52,879 nucleotides of DNA, from the NCBI GenBank assembly GCA_964405655.1, contig CAYOOO010000008.1, positions 1 through 52,879 of the forward strand, read 5' to 3'. This document shows, piece by piece, positions 1 through 8,215 of this stretch (the first letter of the stretch is position 1; every line of letters starts with the position of its first letter). The DNA is from an uncultured Gammaproteobacteria bacterium. GTDB taxonomy: Bacteria; Patescibacteriota; Microgenomatia; Daviesbacterales; UBA10151. Below the pieces are notes generated by a model. It was not told the origin of the DNA. It ran no database searches and saw nothing but the letters and a program-made list of their open reading frames with translations. The position numbers and the translations under genes were made by a program.

Positions 1-1169
1 CTGTCATACATCACCAAATCAGAATTATGCAACTTTCCTGAGACCCCAAACTCTGTAATAACACCATCAACTTTTCGCTCAAATGCTAATGCGCTTCCAC
101 AAAGCGGACAAAAGGTAATAGCAATTGGGTCACCGGCGATAGTATCATTGACAATCTCATGCCAATTTAAAATCCTTTGCGGATAAGCTCTTTGGATGCC
201 TTTATTCTGCGAAGCAGAAGAGCCTTTTGGCTCATAGTTAATTGCAAAAACCATATCTTCATCTTTTAACCAACTAGCATCATTTGCAGATTCGAACTTA
301 GGATTATCAATCGAAGGGATACAATCCTGGCTAAAACAGCCTTCTACAAGATCTTCTTTTTTAACTTTTGCTCCATTAAAGTCGTTTTGTAATGAAACTT
401 TTCGTACTTTTTGCTCTCCTCCTTTCAAACTCTGAAGTTGATTATCTACTTTGACACTTTTTTCGAAAGTTGTGGCAAGTTGTGTCCAAGACGCTGGTAA
501 GTTTGCCAATGTCCAAGCTTGCAAGACTCTGTCTGCACCTGTCCAAATAAATAATGCTGTTGCTAAAATAACGATCCCAAAAACTTGTCTGATTTTTTGG
601 TTCTCTGTTTTAAAAAAAGTTAATTTCTGCGAAGCTTTAGCTCCACCCTTTGCAATGAAATATAAAGGTACTGCAGTACCTAAAGCATAAGCAAAAGCAA
701 TAAGAACTGTTGTATAAGAAAAGTTGCTCACAGCAGCAAGGGTTGCCACCGCTGCCACAACAGGACCAATACAAGGGGTCCAAACAATCCCTAAACTTAC
801 TCCTGTTAAAAACCCTCCCCAAAAACCACTATCCTTGCTTTGTTTAGGCTGGAAATGCCAAAACTTTTCAATAAATACTTGAACTTTTTCCCAAATAATC
901 GGAAAAACTAAACTGAGGCCAAAAATTACCAGTAATCCAACTGCAAAAATCCTAATGGTGTCTGCAGGTATTCCTAAAACCCTTACAAGTGTTGCTAAAA
1001 GTAGAGAGGCAATAGTGAAGCTTATAACAAGTCCCGCAATCACACCCTTAATTCTTTTAGTGTTGCCGTCAATACCGCTTGCTAAAACAACTGGCAAAAT
1101 CGGAAGCACACAAGGAGAAAATACTGTTAAAATTCCGGATATAAAGGCAATTGGTATTAAAAATAACAT
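1..1169 (-). CDS. ccdA: CcdA/DsbD-type cytochrome c biogenesis membrane domain fused to a DUF3179 domain; 3' end runs off the window
   Basis: Not in the ORF track because there is no stop in the window. Translated by hand from ATG 1169: MLFLIPIAFISGILTVFSPCVLPILP...WTPCIGP (the two CcdA cysteine motifs). The frame stays open through the linker into GCFSQDCIPSIDNPKF...AYPQRILNWHEIVND...FCPLCGS...FGVSGKLHNSDLVMYD (DUF3179-like). Confidence 0.85.
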   Translation of the reverse strand, partial: MLFLIPIAFISGILTVFSPCVLPILPVVLASGIDGNTKRIKGVIAGLVISFTIASLLLATLVRVLGIPADTIRIFAVGLLVIFGLSLVFPIIWEKVQVFIEKFWHFQPKQSKDSGFWGGFLTGVSLGIVWTPCIGPVVAAVATLAAVSNFSYTTVLIAFAYALGTAVPLYFIAKGGAKASQKLTFFKTENQKIRQVFGIVILATALFIWTGADRVLQAWTLANLPASWTQLATTFEKSVKVDNQLQSLKGGEQKVRKVSLQNDFNGAKVKKEDLVEGCFSQDCIPSIDNPKFESANDASWLKDEDMVFAINYEPKGSSASQNKGIQRAYPQRILNWHEIVNDTIAGDPIAITFCPLCGSALAFERKVDGVITEFGVSGKLHNSDLVMYD

Positions 1170-1172
1170 AGT

Positions 1173-1613
1173 TTAATTAAGCTGCTGGGCAATTAACCAT
1201 ACCCCTCCTCCAATCCACTTTTTAATTTCATTACCATCCTTATCAACTAAAACTAAAGTATGCTGTTGGATTATTTTATATTTTTCTTTGAGCGCTTTTT
1301 CTTTATCGAAATCAGTTTTTATTAGGGTGACATCTTGTGGCAAAGAAAGACTGGTTGTTTTTAACTCTTTATCAAGTGCGTTACAGGTAGGACACCAATT
1401 AGCGTGGAAAAATAAAATTGCTCTACCATTTCTAGATACTTGTTTTAAATTTTCTTGAGAATAATCTATGTAGTTAATTTTTGATTCTTGCAGGATTTCT
1501 GAGGACTCAATATTACTGCCATCCCCTTTTTTTAAAAACCCATCCTTTAAAAAGATGAATCCTGCAAAAATTGATATTAAAGATAAAATGATAAAAATAT
1601 TAAACGGTTTCAT
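1173..1613 (-). CDS. Membrane-anchored thioredoxin-like protein
   Basis: N-terminal hydrophobic anchor and FHANWCPTC CxxC motif. Confidence 0.85.
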   Translation of the reverse strand: MKPFNIFIILSLISIFAGFIFLKDGFLKKGDGSNIESSEILQESKINYIDYSQENLKQVSRNGRAILFFHANWCPTCNALDKELKTTSLSLPQDVTLIKTDFDKEKALKEKYKIIQQHTLVLVDKDGNEIKKWIGGGVWLIAQQLN

Positions 1614-1683
1614 ATATAATTTGCTTACCTGGTATTAGGTGCATATAAGTTTTTCCAAAGGTTGCTCCTAATACCAGATTAAT

Positions 1684-2187
1684 TTATTTGAGATTAGCAA
1701 GAAGTGTTTTAATTCCCTCACCTCCGCTATTCCATTTAGTGATCTCCTGACCTTCTCTATCTACTTGAACCCATGTATCTTGCATTGTTATCCCATACTT
1801 AGCTTTTAGTTGGGTCGATGTATCGTAATCTGTTTTTAGAATCGTCACATCTGAGGGAACTTTGTCAAAATTTTCCATAAAATCTTTTTCTGCTGCCTGA
1901 CACATTGGGCACCAGCCAGCATGGAAAAATACAATGGCTTTGCCATTATTTTTTGTTGCTTTTTGCAAATTTTCATCTGAGTAGGCTATAAATCTTTGCG
2001 AAAAACCGGAATCTGTATTTTGTTCACTCACACCTTGAACATTTTGATTATCTGTTGGTGTTTGTACTGTTCCTGCTTGTTGAGATTGCTGATTGCTAGA
2101 AGAGTTTTGGGTAGATGTAAAAATAATACCTCCTAATATCAATATTGCAACAACAGCTATAACTCCATATACTTGTTTACTATTCAT
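1684..2187 (-). CDS. Membrane-anchored thioredoxin-like protein, paralog of 1173-1613
   Basis: TM anchor, Gln/Ser-rich linker and FHAGWCPMC. Shares DYS.ENL / KTD[YF]D...LK.KY.I..Q.T blocks with its neighbour. Confidence 0.85.
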   Translation of the reverse strand: MNSKQVYGVIAVVAILILGGIIFTSTQNSSSNQQSQQAGTVQTPTDNQNVQGVSEQNTDSGFSQRFIAYSDENLQKATKNNGKAIVFFHAGWCPMCQAAEKDFMENFDKVPSDVTILKTDYDTSTQLKAKYGITMQDTWVQVDREGQEITKWNSGGEGIKTLLANLK

Positions 2188-2203
2188 TTAACTCACCTCC
2201 TTT

Positions 2204-2596
2204 TTACTTAAACCGGTCAAAAAAACTTAAAAATTTACTTACGTAGTAAGGAGGCTTTGCTTCACTTTTCTTACCATTAACCAATGAATAACAAATAAGT
2301 TGACCGCATCTGTGTGATTCAACTAACCCTAGATTTTTAAGATCAGAAAGTGCATGAGAAACTGCAGATTGAGACATATTTAAGATTTGAGTTATATCTG
2401 TGACTGGAATTTCTTTTACTTTGTGCAGTAATAGATATATTCTAAGCTTTGTCGGATCTGATAAATTTTTAACTATCCGGAGTAACTTTTCTTCATCGCT
2501 TAAGAAACTAACTTTTTTTTGCAATGAAGCTACTTTAGAATCTGTAATATAGTGAGGATGTCCTTCATGCCCTTTAATATATGAACGATTGAACAT
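2204..2596 (-). CDS. ArsR/SmtB family transcriptional regulator
   Basis: LSDPTKLRIYLLL...SQSAVSHALSDLKNLGLV winged-helix pattern. Confidence 0.9.
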   Translation of the reverse strand: MFNRSYIKGHEGHPHYITDSKVASLQKKVSFLSDEEKLLRIVKNLSDPTKLRIYLLLHKVKEIPVTDITQILNMSQSAVSHALSDLKNLGLVESHRCGQLICYSLVNGKKSEAKPPYYVSKFLSFFDRFK

Positions 2597-2601
2597 ATAT
2601 T
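2576..2601. promoter_or_regulatory. SmtB/CzrA-type operator (inverted repeat) over the arsR start
   Basis: AATATATG-N10-CATATATT. The left arm TAATATATGAAC resembles known SmtB/CzrA operator half-sites. Confidence 0.6.
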
Positions 2602-2604
2602 TAT

Positions 2605-2633
2605 ATAATAATTTTTATATTCTTTTTTGTCAA
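2605..2633 (-). promoter_or_regulatory. Sigma70 promoter of the arsR-trx-trx-ccdA operon, near-leaderless
   Basis: TTGACA-17 bp-TATTAT, with the ATG 8 nt after the -10. Confidence 0.65.
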
Positions 2634-2763
2634 TAGCTAAAGGCGGGGTGCCATTTCCTTTTCGACTTGAAGCGAGTTCGGATTTTTCTGTAAAGGTCGA
2701 CAGAGATCTTACTAGGGTTTTCGGGAAAAGATGAGTTATCGAAGGTTGACTTCCTCGACTAAT

Positions 2764-3420
2764 TTAAAGAGGTTTAAAGGAGTTGACTATTGCTTCAAAC
2801 GTTGGTAAGTACTTATCCCAGATTGCTTTTTTGGAAGCTGGAACCAAAGCATAGAATTTATTTTCATCAACTATAATATAGAACCTGCTTTTGTACTCCT
2901 GCCCATTTTGAGTAATTTCATACTCATAATAATGAGCATCCAAGTTATCAATTTTCAAATCTTTCTCCTCTCCCAAAGTTGCCCCTACAAACTGCTTTTT
3001 AATCTGGACTCTATTTAGATCTACAATAGTTGCAAACTGTGCCTCTTTCATCTCTCCTAAAGGACCCGAGGTCAGAACTACTCCCGCCTCACTGCCTGCT
3101 GAAGAAGTAGATCCATCAGTTTTTGTATAAAGCGTTGGTGTTTTAGTTTGATCTAGACCCCAGTTGGTAGGGTATTTGATAGAAAAACCTAAGTTAGTAT
3201 CAGAATATGTCTCTGAAAGCTCAACTTGGGAAGGTTTTGGTGTAGGTTTAGGGTTTTCTGAGCTAGTATCTGATGAAGATTGTTTATTAGAGGGGGTATA
3301 TTTTATATAGCCAGAGAATTTAAGAGTTCCTGTAGCAATTAGTATAACTATTACAACAACTATTACTCCGGCAATCAGTAATAAGTTAACAGCTCCCCTT
3401 TGGGCAGGTTTATTTTTCAT
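2764..3420 (-). CDS. Exported PsbP/DcrB-like protein with a pilin-like N-terminus
   Basis: QRG|AVNLLLI hydrophobic leader, GFSIKYPTNW motif and WDKYLPTFEAIVNSFK end. Confidence 0.6.
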   Translation of the reverse strand: MKNKPAQRGAVNLLLIAGVIVVVIVILIATGTLKFSGYIKYTPSNKQSSSDTSSENPKPTPKPSQVELSETYSDTNLGFSIKYPTNWGLDQTKTPTLYTKTDGSTSSAGSEAGVVLTSGPLGEMKEAQFATIVDLNRVQIKKQFVGATLGEEKDLKIDNLDAHYYEYEITQNGQEYKSRFYIIVDENKFYALVPASKKAIWDKYLPTFEAIVNSFKPL

Positions 3421-3472
3421 CTATGTATTATTATTCTAATAATTTAACTCAGATGTCAAATACCAAAATTAA

Positions 3473-3946
3473 TTAATATTTATTCAAAAGCTTTCTGTCT
3501 TTATTAATAAGTATCAAGCCTAAAACATTACCTATTAAAACTAAAAATACCAAACCAATATTGGCTAAACTGACAACGGATGATCCTACTAGACTACTTA
3601 ACTTAATCATCGACAAAAAAATAATAAAGGTATTAATAAAATTTAACAGTACTACTAAATTTAAAAAGTGGTTGAATATAAGAGGCGGAAGTTGGAATAA
3701 GTTAATCAGAAAAAATATGTACAAAAGTGACTCGGGATAAGTTAGGGCGAGCTCAAATCCATTTCTTCCATCAAGTAAAAGTCTTTCCCAACCTAAAAAT
3801 CCTAAAAGAAGTTGGGAAAAGAGCAAAGCAACCCAAACTAACCTTATTCTTTGCTTAACTTTTTTTGATTGCTTGGAGGCAAGTAGCAGTACAAAGGGTG
3901 TTAAAAGGAAAACAACTACTAAAATAAGCAGATATGGGTTAACCAC
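3473..3946 (-). CDS. Hypothetical integral membrane protein
   Basis: 157 aa with several hydrophobic segments; coupled to the upstream gene by a TAATG overlap. Confidence 0.65.
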   Translation of the reverse strand: MVNPYLLILVVVFLLTPFVLLLASKQSKKVKQRIRLVWVALLFSQLLLGFLGWERLLLDGRNGFELALTYPESLLYIFFLINLFQLPPLIFNHFLNLVVLLNFINTFIIFLSMIKLSSLVGSSVVSLANIGLVFLVLIGNVLGLILINKDRKLLNKY

Positions 3947-4668
3947 TACTCAACAAAAGTAAAAGAGTTCATAGAAGCTTTAATAACTCCTGACCATTTT
4001 GACCAAGTTGAGTCAAGAGACGACCCGGCAACATGCACCCAATATGAATCTTTCACCAAATAATAATCATTTGTGTGGATCGTAACCCCCTGTTTTAAAG
4101 CTTTTGCCTCTATAAAAACACTGTCTAAACCTGCAAATTTAGTTTTTGTATCAGCCAAATACTCTACCTTCTCAAAAGTTTTTTCTGAAGAAGACTTAGC
4201 AACTTTCATAAGGTCATCTAGTGTCCCAGACTGGGGAGATTTGGCAAGGTAAACTGAAACTACAGGCTTGAGTCTTACTACCAAATTATCCTCTGCCTCT
4301 TCTTTATCTTCCTCCGGAGCTTCAAAAGTAACTACTTCATTTCCTTGAGTAGCTGATCTTTTATTCCAAGCAGATGGAGGATTAATAGTAAATTTTGGTG
4401 CTTTGACGTCTTGACCTAGCTTTTGTGGTTCATAAGTATATCTTGACTGGGCCAGTTCAATTTTTGGAGATGGTGACAAAGAAGGAAGGGCCAAGGGATT
4501 TGCTATCTGTTGCTTGACTTTTTTCTCATCAATTGCTGATTTGCCACTTTTTCCTGTTTTGATAAATTCATTTCTAATAATGTAGGTTCCACCAACTAAA
4601 AGTGCGATGCCAATTGCAATTAATACAAAAAGGGGGATGATCCCTTGCTGTTTTTTCAATATGGGCAT
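3946..4668 (-). CDS. Exported PsbP/DcrB-like protein with a pilin-like N-terminus
   Basis: QQG|IIPLFVLI leader, FTINPPSAW motif and WSKWSGVIKASMNSFTF end. Confidence 0.6.
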   Translation of the reverse strand: MPILKKQQGIIPLFVLIAIGIALLVGGTYIIRNEFIKTGKSGKSAIDEKKVKQQIANPLALPSLSPSPKIELAQSRYTYEPQKLGQDVKAPKFTINPPSAWNKRSATQGNEVVTFEAPEEDKEEAEDNLVVRLKPVVSVYLAKSPQSGTLDDLMKVAKSSSEKTFEKVEYLADTKTKFAGLDSVFIEAKALKQGVTIHTNDYYLVKDSYWVHVAGSSLDSTWSKWSGVIKASMNSFTFVE

Positions 4669-4675
4669 TAAATTA

Positions 4676-4745
4676 ACTGTAAATTAATGTAGACTGGTTG
4701 TCAATAAATCTAACTCTTGACTTAGGGTTTTCTTTGGGTTAAAAA
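4676..4745. promoter_or_regulatory. Divergent sigma70 promoter pair
   Basis: Minus: TTGACA(4704-4699)-17-TACAGT. Plus: TTGACT(4717)-17-TAAAAT(4740-4745). Both start codons lie 6-7 nt after the -10. Confidence 0.55.
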
Positions 4746-4751
4746 TAGTTT

Positions 4752-5918
4752 ATGCAAAGAGGAATTGCTACCTTTACCTTAGACTACGGAAGATGTCCCC
4801 CCTGGCTGTTTGAGCGGATGGTCAAACTTGGCAAAAGTATTACAGAAGTCTTAGTTGAAGAGTATGGGCCTGAGGAGTTTATTAAAAGAATTGCTGATCC
4901 TGTCTGGTTTCAGTCTTTGGGGACAGTCTTGGCTTTTGATTGGAATGCTTCTGGTCTAACTACTATTTTAACAGCTGCTTTAAAAGAGGCCATTAGATTT
5001 CAGGAAAAAGATTTGGGAATATTTATCTGTGGTGGTAAGGGTAAAACTTCCAGAAAAACTCCTGATGAAATTACTACCTGGGGACAAAGGTTAAATTTAC
5101 AACAGGCAAATATCAATCAGTTTATCTATAACTCTAAAATGTCTGCCAAGGTTGATAGTTCCCTAATTCAAGACTCATATCAAATTTATCACCATGCTTT
5201 TTTCTTTACCAGATCTGGGGCTTGGACAGTTGTCCAACAAGGTATGAACACAGATACCCAAACTGCCAGAAGATACCACTGGCACTCTAAAGATGTTAAG
5301 GATTTTATTACTGAACCCCATAGTGGTATTGCCTCCCAAATCACCCATCAATCAGTTTTAAATATGACAGACAAACAAAGTGCAAAAACTCAAACTGTTA
5401 GTATAGAACTTTTAAGGGAGGGTTTTAAACAGATCTGGCATGATTTAGAGCTTTTAGATAAACATCAAACAAAAGTCTCAAGAGTTGCTAGGGTTAAAAT
5501 TGATGGAGAACCTGTCACCTTAGCAGAATATAATGACAAGGACCACTTGATTGTAAACAACGCAGCTTGGGATAAACCAATTGGTTTTGAGGAATTTTTT
5601 AACAGTCCTTACTTAAAAAAGATTCTGGTAAAACTGGCTGAACAAAAACCTGAGGATTATGAAAGATTTTTGGCAACAGAGGGAGTTGGTCCAAAAACTG
5701 TCAGGGCTTTAGCATTGGTGGCAGAAGTTATCTATGGAGCAAAACCCTCTTATAATGATCCAGCTAGATATTCTTTTGCTCATGGAGGAAAAGATGCTAT
5801 CCCCTACCCGGTTGATCGACCAACATATGATGAAACCATAGAAATCTTAAAAGACATTGTCCAAAAGTCTAAAATAAATGTTGTAGAAAAAGATAAAATA
5901 CTAAAAAGACTAAGATGA
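4752..5918 (+). CDS. DUF763 domain-containing protein
   Basis: LDYGRCPPWLFERM, WNASGLTT, HHAFF...VVQQGMN, GVGPKTVRALAL (HhH-like) and RYSFAHGGKD are typical of the family. Confidence 0.85.
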   Translation: MQRGIATFTLDYGRCPPWLFERMVKLGKSITEVLVEEYGPEEFIKRIADPVWFQSLGTVLAFDWNASGLTTILTAALKEAIRFQEKDLGIFICGGKGKTSRKTPDEITTWGQRLNLQQANINQFIYNSKMSAKVDSSLIQDSYQIYHHAFFFTRSGAWTVVQQGMNTDTQTARRYHWHSKDVKDFITEPHSGIASQITHQSVLNMTDKQSAKTQTVSIELLREGFKQIWHDLELLDKHQTKVSRVARVKIDGEPVTLAEYNDKDHLIVNNAAWDKPIGFEEFFNSPYLKKILVKLAEQKPEDYERFLATEGVGPKTVRALALVAEVIYGAKPSYNDPARYSFAHGGKDAIPYPVDRPTYDETIEILKDIVQKSKINVVEKDKILKRLR

Positions 5919-6454
5919 GTATCTTGGAGCGAAAAATACTACCATCACATTTATTTAAACATTATGTAGAAGGAAGGACAAAGGCATATGCTGGTGGAGG
6001 AGAAGATGTTTATAATCCAGATCCAAATCTTTTGGGGTTTAAAGTATTTAGGTGGACAAATCCTGACCTACCTTATCACTTTGAAGACCATTATACAGAT
6101 AATCCTCAAAGACCAGGCAATTTTGGGGGATTTGAAATAAACAGGGAAAGCTCAGAATATGGTGGTGTTTTATCTTTTTATGATTATAATGGTGGTTTAA
6201 CAAATGACGGGATGAGATTAGGAGAAGTTATTATTTATCCAAGATTAATAAGATTTCTAGGAGAACATGTTGAGGTAGTTAGATTTGGCAAAAATGTAGT
6301 TTATACAATAGAAGATGAATCAGGCAATTGGGTTTATCAAGGTATAGGAGAAATAGAAGCATATGGTTGGTACGATGAAGAACTAATCACAAATAATGGT
6401 CTATTGGTCTATAAATTAAGAGGTAGCGGCATTTGTTTTATCCCAGAATCTTAA
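5915..6454 (+). CDS. Hypothetical protein, DUF5680-like
   Basis: KAYAGGG...EDHY...FGGFE...YNGG pattern; ATGA overlap with the upstream stop. Confidence 0.5.
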   Translation: MSILERKILPSHLFKHYVEGRTKAYAGGGEDVYNPDPNLLGFKVFRWTNPDLPYHFEDHYTDNPQRPGNFGGFEINRESSEYGGVLSFYDYNGGLTNDGMRLGEVIIYPRLIRFLGEHVEVVRFGKNVVYTIEDESGNWVYQGIGEIEAYGWYDEELITNNGLLVYKLRGSGICFIPES

Positions 6455-6458
6455 CAAA

Positions 6459-7004
6459 ATGAAAATTTTAGTATTTACAGAAGGAACAATCTTAATGCAC
6501 CAAGATGGAAAGGATTTGGATAGAGAAGACAGGGTTAGACAGTCCCATAAAGCAGGTATTCAAAGAGAAGAGAGATGGCAAAAGTTTGGCAAAGATGTAG
6601 AATACACTACACCAACCGGATCGGTTCATGATTATGCAAATTATATTCCGATTAATAAAGATGTCCAAAAACTAACCGAATGGAAAAACCAAGGAGCAAT
6701 AATACTTTATTTAACATCTAGAAGAATTGGAAAAGAGATCAAAGAAATTAAGAACGTTTTAGAAAGATATAATTTCCCTGACTCACAAAATCTTTATTTT
6801 AGAAAAGAAGGAGAAGATTATAAAGATGTTGCAGAAAAAATTAAACCAGATATATTAGTTGAAGATGATTGTGAAAGTATTGGCGGAGAAAAAGAGATGA
6901 CTTACCCCCACATCAGATCAGATCTTAGAAATAAAATTAAATCTGTAATAGTAAAGGAGTTTGAAGGTATCGATAAATTACCTGATAACATTTATGAATT
7001 TTAA
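6459..7004 (+). CDS. HAD-like protein with a degenerate motif I
   Basis: ILVFTEGT in place of DxDxT, YLTSRR (motif II) and DILVEDD (motif IV). Confidence 0.5.
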   Translation: MKILVFTEGTILMHQDGKDLDREDRVRQSHKAGIQREERWQKFGKDVEYTTPTGSVHDYANYIPINKDVQKLTEWKNQGAIILYLTSRRIGKEIKEIKNVLERYNFPDSQNLYFRKEGEDYKDVAEKIKPDILVEDDCESIGGEKEMTYPHIRSDLRNKIKSVIVKEFEGIDKLPDNIYEF

Positions 7005-7137
7005 AGGGGTGGTTATTGAAGAAAGTTTAAAAGATACTTCTGTATTGAAAGAAGCTAAAATACTAAGTACTAAGGTTGAGCTAGTTACCAAAAAGCACAA
7101 AACTCCTTGGCTTAAAAAATGGACAGACGAACAGTAA
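6994..7137 (+). pseudogene. Probable 3'-truncated remnant of a small conserved hypothetical gene
   Basis: 47-aa ORF MNFKGVVIEESLKDTSVLKEAKILSTKVELVTKKHKTPWLKKWTDEQ*. It resembles the N-terminal half of a longer CPR hypothetical family as I recall it; not search-verified. Confidence 0.5.
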
Positions 7138-7158
7138 CTTAGTTTTTTAGGAAAATTT

Positions 7159-7932
7159 ATGAAGCTGATTTCTCTTAACTGTTGGGGTGGTAAACTTTAT
7201 CGTCCTTTAACAAGCTTTTTAAAAGATTATTCGGAACAGGTAGATATCTTTTGCCTTCAAGAAGTCTTTAGTTCTCCTCAAAGAAAATTAAGTAGATTTG
7301 GCATGAGAACAAACCTACTTCAAGAACTAGAAAAGATTTTTCCAGACTTTAACAGTTTTTTTGCTCCTGTTAGTAAACACAACGATTTTGGTATACCTGT
7401 TGATCACGACTTAGAGTTTGGACAGGCAACTTTTGTTAGGAAAAATATTAAGGTTAATTCAAGCGGTGATATTTTTGTTTACTTAAAACTGGGCAGTCAA
7501 CCAAAAAAGTTATCAGAAGAATTTATTGAGTTACCAAAGACTCTGCAGTACTTAGAAATTGAGGAATCTAGAAAAAAATTTCTGATTACCAACTTTCATG
7601 GACTGGCTTTCCCTTTTTCTAAAGAGGATACCCCTGGAAGAATTAAACAATCACAAAGAATAATGAAATTCCTGCATAGTAAAAGTGACAAGAAAATTTT
7701 AACTGGAGACTTTAATTTAAATCCTGATACAAAGTCTATTACCCTACTTGAAAACTCTATGGTTAACTTGATTAAGAAATTTAAAGTTAAGAAAACTAGA
7801 AGCAGACTTTACAAAGGAGAACACTCTTTTGCAGATTATACTTTTGTAACACCTGATATAAAAGTTCTAGATTTTAAAACTATTAATGTGACAATTTCAG
7901 ATCATTTACCCTTATCTTTAGAATTTAACTAG
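7159..7932 (+). CDS. Endonuclease/exonuclease/phosphatase (EEP) family protein
   Basis: SLNCWGG, CLQEV, NFHG, GDFNL, DYTF and SDHLPL motifs. Confidence 0.9.
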   Translation: MKLISLNCWGGKLYRPLTSFLKDYSEQVDIFCLQEVFSSPQRKLSRFGMRTNLLQELEKIFPDFNSFFAPVSKHNDFGIPVDHDLEFGQATFVRKNIKVNSSGDIFVYLKLGSQPKKLSEEFIELPKTLQYLEIEESRKKFLITNFHGLAFPFSKEDTPGRIKQSQRIMKFLHSKSDKKILTGDFNLNPDTKSITLLENSMVNLIKKFKVKKTRSRLYKGEHSFADYTFVTPDIKVLDFKTINVTISDHLPLSLEFN

Positions 7933-7961
7933 TTGACAACTTTTAAAATTTTTTTTAGTAT
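7933..7961 (+). promoter_or_regulatory. Sigma70 promoter of the metK leader
   Basis: TTGACA-17 bp-TAGTAT. Confidence 0.65.
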
Positions 7962-8013
7962 CGTTTATAGGTTTTAGTTTTAGGTAAGGCTTGTAAATTT
8001 AAATACTATTTAA

Positions 8014-8173
8014 ATTTATCAAGAGCGACGGGGACCCCACTTCGTCTTAAAGGACTACGAGGGGTGGCGCGAAGCTTTATGCGAAGTGCCAGAGAATTGG
8101 CTCAATGATCCGTCCAACAACCTCCGCCTGGGGCGGGAAGGTGCTAAATCCAATCCCATAGCGGAAAGATAAG
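8014..8173 (+). ncRNA. SAM-I (S-box) riboswitch with a 57-nt two-hairpin insertion in P2
   Basis: P1 UUUAUC/GAUAAG, AUCAAGAG start, P2a GACGG/CCGUC, P2b GAG/CUC with UUGG loop, CAACC...GGUGCUAAAUCC, GAAAGAU end; directly upstream of metK. Confidence 0.9.
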
Positions 8174-8181
8174 AATCATCT

Positions 8182-8208
8182 AATCTTCCCTTTTGGGGAA
8201 GATTTTTT
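8182..8208 (+). terminator. Intrinsic terminator, expression platform of the riboswitch
   Basis: AATCTTCCC-TTTTG-GGGAAGATT followed by a T-run. The 5' arm can alternatively pair with GGAAAGATAAG (P1 3' strand) as an antiterminator. Confidence 0.8.
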
Positions 8209-8215
8209 AAGGAAA

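Noticed and set aside
451-1176. Track ORFs 451-690, 637-822 and 955-1176
   Set aside because: They are shadows of the ccdA-DUF3179 gene, which the track missed.
7994-8018. 11-bp AT-only inverted repeat overlapping the 5' strand of riboswitch P1
   Set aside because: The low-complexity A/T stem is weak and easily arises by chance, although it could compete with P1.
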